A stretch of DNA of 64,000 bases. It comes from Eutreptiella sp. 'Long Island Sound 2002' (taxonomy: Eukaryota; Protista; Euglenida). The stretch covers positions 16,802,001 through 16,866,000 of the forward strand of contig OZ038378.1 of NCBI GenBank assembly GCA_964036045.1. Reading direction: 5' to 3'. Within the stretch, counting starts at the first letter, position 1; each line of letters opens with the position of its first letter. The notes below the pieces were generated by a model. The model had not been told where the DNA came from, did not search any database, and worked only from the letters and a program-made list of their open reading frames with translations. Both the position numbers and the translations under genes were made by a program. Shown here one piece after another: positions 62,801 through 64,000 of this stretch.

Positions 62801-63831
62801 CGAACCAGCTCTGATAGTTTTGCACACCAAAAAAAAGGTCCACAGGTTTCAGATGTTATCAAAAAAAAGGTCCCCCATCTGAAAAACTGCCACCTGCACA
62901 CCTGCCACCTGTACAACGACAAAGCAGAAAAGGGCAGCAAACAGCCAGACAAGGCTCCTGTGACCAAAGAAAGAAGGTGTGGCAGGAGCCCAACCCAGGA
63001 AACCCTCGGAATTATAAGAGGGGTGGGGGTTCAGAGCTTTAGACCCCCCCACCCGGCTGAAGACCCACCCACCCAACCCCCCCCCCCCCCTTGCAAAATA
63101 GCTCTTATAAACGATGCCTGGCGAGGAGAAGGCCTCGCCAGGGTCCGCTGCGGGGTCATCTGCATCAAATGTACGCCCCTTGGAGGTCTCCATTGCATCA
63201 CTGATTCGTTTCCAGGGCCTCCGCATTTCCAGCCCTCCGGGCCCCCACACCGCGGGAAGGTCTCTGGCCCAAGGGTCTGCAGGTAGCGGGGCTGCAGCAT
63301 GCTGGACCCAGCCGCACAATATGGCGGATATCCAGCAGGGACAGGGTAATGTAGATGGTTCGAAGATGACACGCATATTGTACGGGGGTCCACACACATC
63401 ACACCATTGCCTGTTCAAGCCTCGCCCACAACCAGCCGGATACCTGCAGGGTGACATAAATGGGCATCGAAGGCCTAACAATGTGCTGCATGAGCGTAGA
63501 GCAGAAGACACTGTGTCTGTCCTTGGGCTTGGCATCCACAGACGTGTGGCTGGGGGCCGCAGAATACAGCGTACAGATGTTGTCAGCCTCCACGAAGAAG
63601 GGGGCCAGGCCTGGGACAACGACGCGGAACGGAGCAGCGGTAGAGGGTCTCCAGGGACCACCGTGTGTGGGAGGGAGGGGGGGGAGGGTCAGAATCAAAA
63701 ACTCAGGGGACTTTGCACCGCGGATAGATCCCACACAAATCGGTTTACTGTGAGCCAAAACGCCACACACCTGCTCTGCTCACAAGCACAGCAACACCGT
63801 TGTGCATTATTATTTCTCGAAGGCTGCAATG
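50465..63831 (-). CDS. Caspase-like (peptidase C14B) domain fused to a divergent GDPD domain; 5' part lies beyond the window
   Basis: Exons 63831-63771 (tentative), 63610-63444, 59393-59246, 52454-52372, 52294-52063, 50955-50465; all GT-AG and phase-consistent, 1182 nt with stop. The C14 part reads GLAP...TLYSAAPSHTSVD...RHSVFCSTLMQHIVRP...LQDVSAEVHIQTGAKQKP...FYFVP. The GDPD part reads LSHKN...ALDMMGSIDLDIQATQD...VYHSMKLEDLTLGQG...RLEDLF...GVELK...SWVWVVDDEGQGRRLLRMGVTKVISNR. Confidence 0.78.
53424..54100 (-). mobile_element. PIF/Harbinger/ISL2EU-type (DDE_Tnp_4) transposase relic with Cys/His-rich C-terminus
   Basis: DSMPI...WNPKYAAHIFKVTVAVDMLGNIVWLCPLAPGTSAD, then an abrupt jump to CALCCQKHTTTECGECHLNYCAECIDLH; TIRs not found. 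Confidence 0.75.
54550..55390. mobile_element. Degraded non-LTR retroelement fragments (intronic)
   Basis: Broken frames; RKSHDAIIRLL resembles the RHD/N motif preceding restriction-like endonuclease domains. Confidence 0.3.
56049..56283. repeat. G-rich element bounded by inverted repeat cacgaagtcgcccc
   Basis: Copy at about 56050 and reverse complement at about 56269-56282. Confidence 0.6.
56860..57045. repeat. (GTGCA/GTG)n low-complexity tract
   Basis: Direct reading. Confidence 0.8.
59246..63610 (-). CDS. Caspase-like C14 small-subunit-equivalent exons (63610-63444, 59393-59246)
   Basis: The two exons join in phase 0 into an uninterrupted match to the COG4249-type consensus YATAPG..A.DG...NSPF...L...I..P...V...V...T.G.Q.P......FYF.P. 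Confidence 0.82.
59548..59865. repeat. Compound microsatellite (GCT)n/(GTCGCT)n/(GTT)n/(GTC)n
   Basis: Direct reading; lies in the intron just upstream of exon 59393. Confidence 0.97.
61519..61800 (-). mobile_element. LINE RT remnant
   Basis: IKAGTSLGADGF*GVYRLLKDLLAELM resembles the K.PGPDG...FY...L motif at the start of RT, with an in-frame stop. Confidence 0.55.
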
Positions 63832-63835
63832 CTGA

Positions 63836-63852
63836 TGTACACACACACACAA

Positions 63853-63912
<60 letters not shown>

Positions 63913-63975
63913 ACAAACACACACAAACACACACAAACACACACACACACGCACACACACGCACAAGCAAACACG
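63836..63975. repeat. (CA)n microsatellite
   Basis: Direct reading. Confidence 0.97.
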
Positions 63976-64000
63976 TGCACAGGCAGGGCAAAGGCTCGTT

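Overview
Intron-rich, repeat-laden eukaryotic genomic DNA. A euglenozoan, probably euglenid, origin is inferred from the canonical GT-AG introns, TTAGGG repeats, PFO/PNO relics, and AG acceptors just upstream of start codons; this is not verified. Four host genes can be assembled by hand with splice phases that agree: (1) a minus-strand MDR/MECR-like enoyl reductase, exons 7454 to 2525, 3' end unresolved; (2) an intronless minus-strand PPPDE/DeSI isopeptidase; (3) a plus-strand class-B DnaJ with at least 8 exons and a hydrophobic C-terminal tail; (4) a minus-strand gene running off the right edge that appears to fuse a caspase-like (peptidase C14, bacterial orthocaspase/paracaspase type) domain to a divergent glycerophosphodiester phosphodiesterase (GDPD) domain, which is the most novel signal here. 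Between the genes lie four decayed, intron-containing pyruvate:ferredoxin/NADP+ oxidoreductase fragments, a young MULE (perfect 62-bp TIRs, 9-bp TSD) with two convergent genes, a Penelope-like fragment followed by a hammerhead ribozyme motif, pogo- and Harbinger-type transposase relics, MITEs, LINE debris, an interstitial telomeric tract and many microsatellites. All family assignments come from motif recognition by eye; no searches were run.
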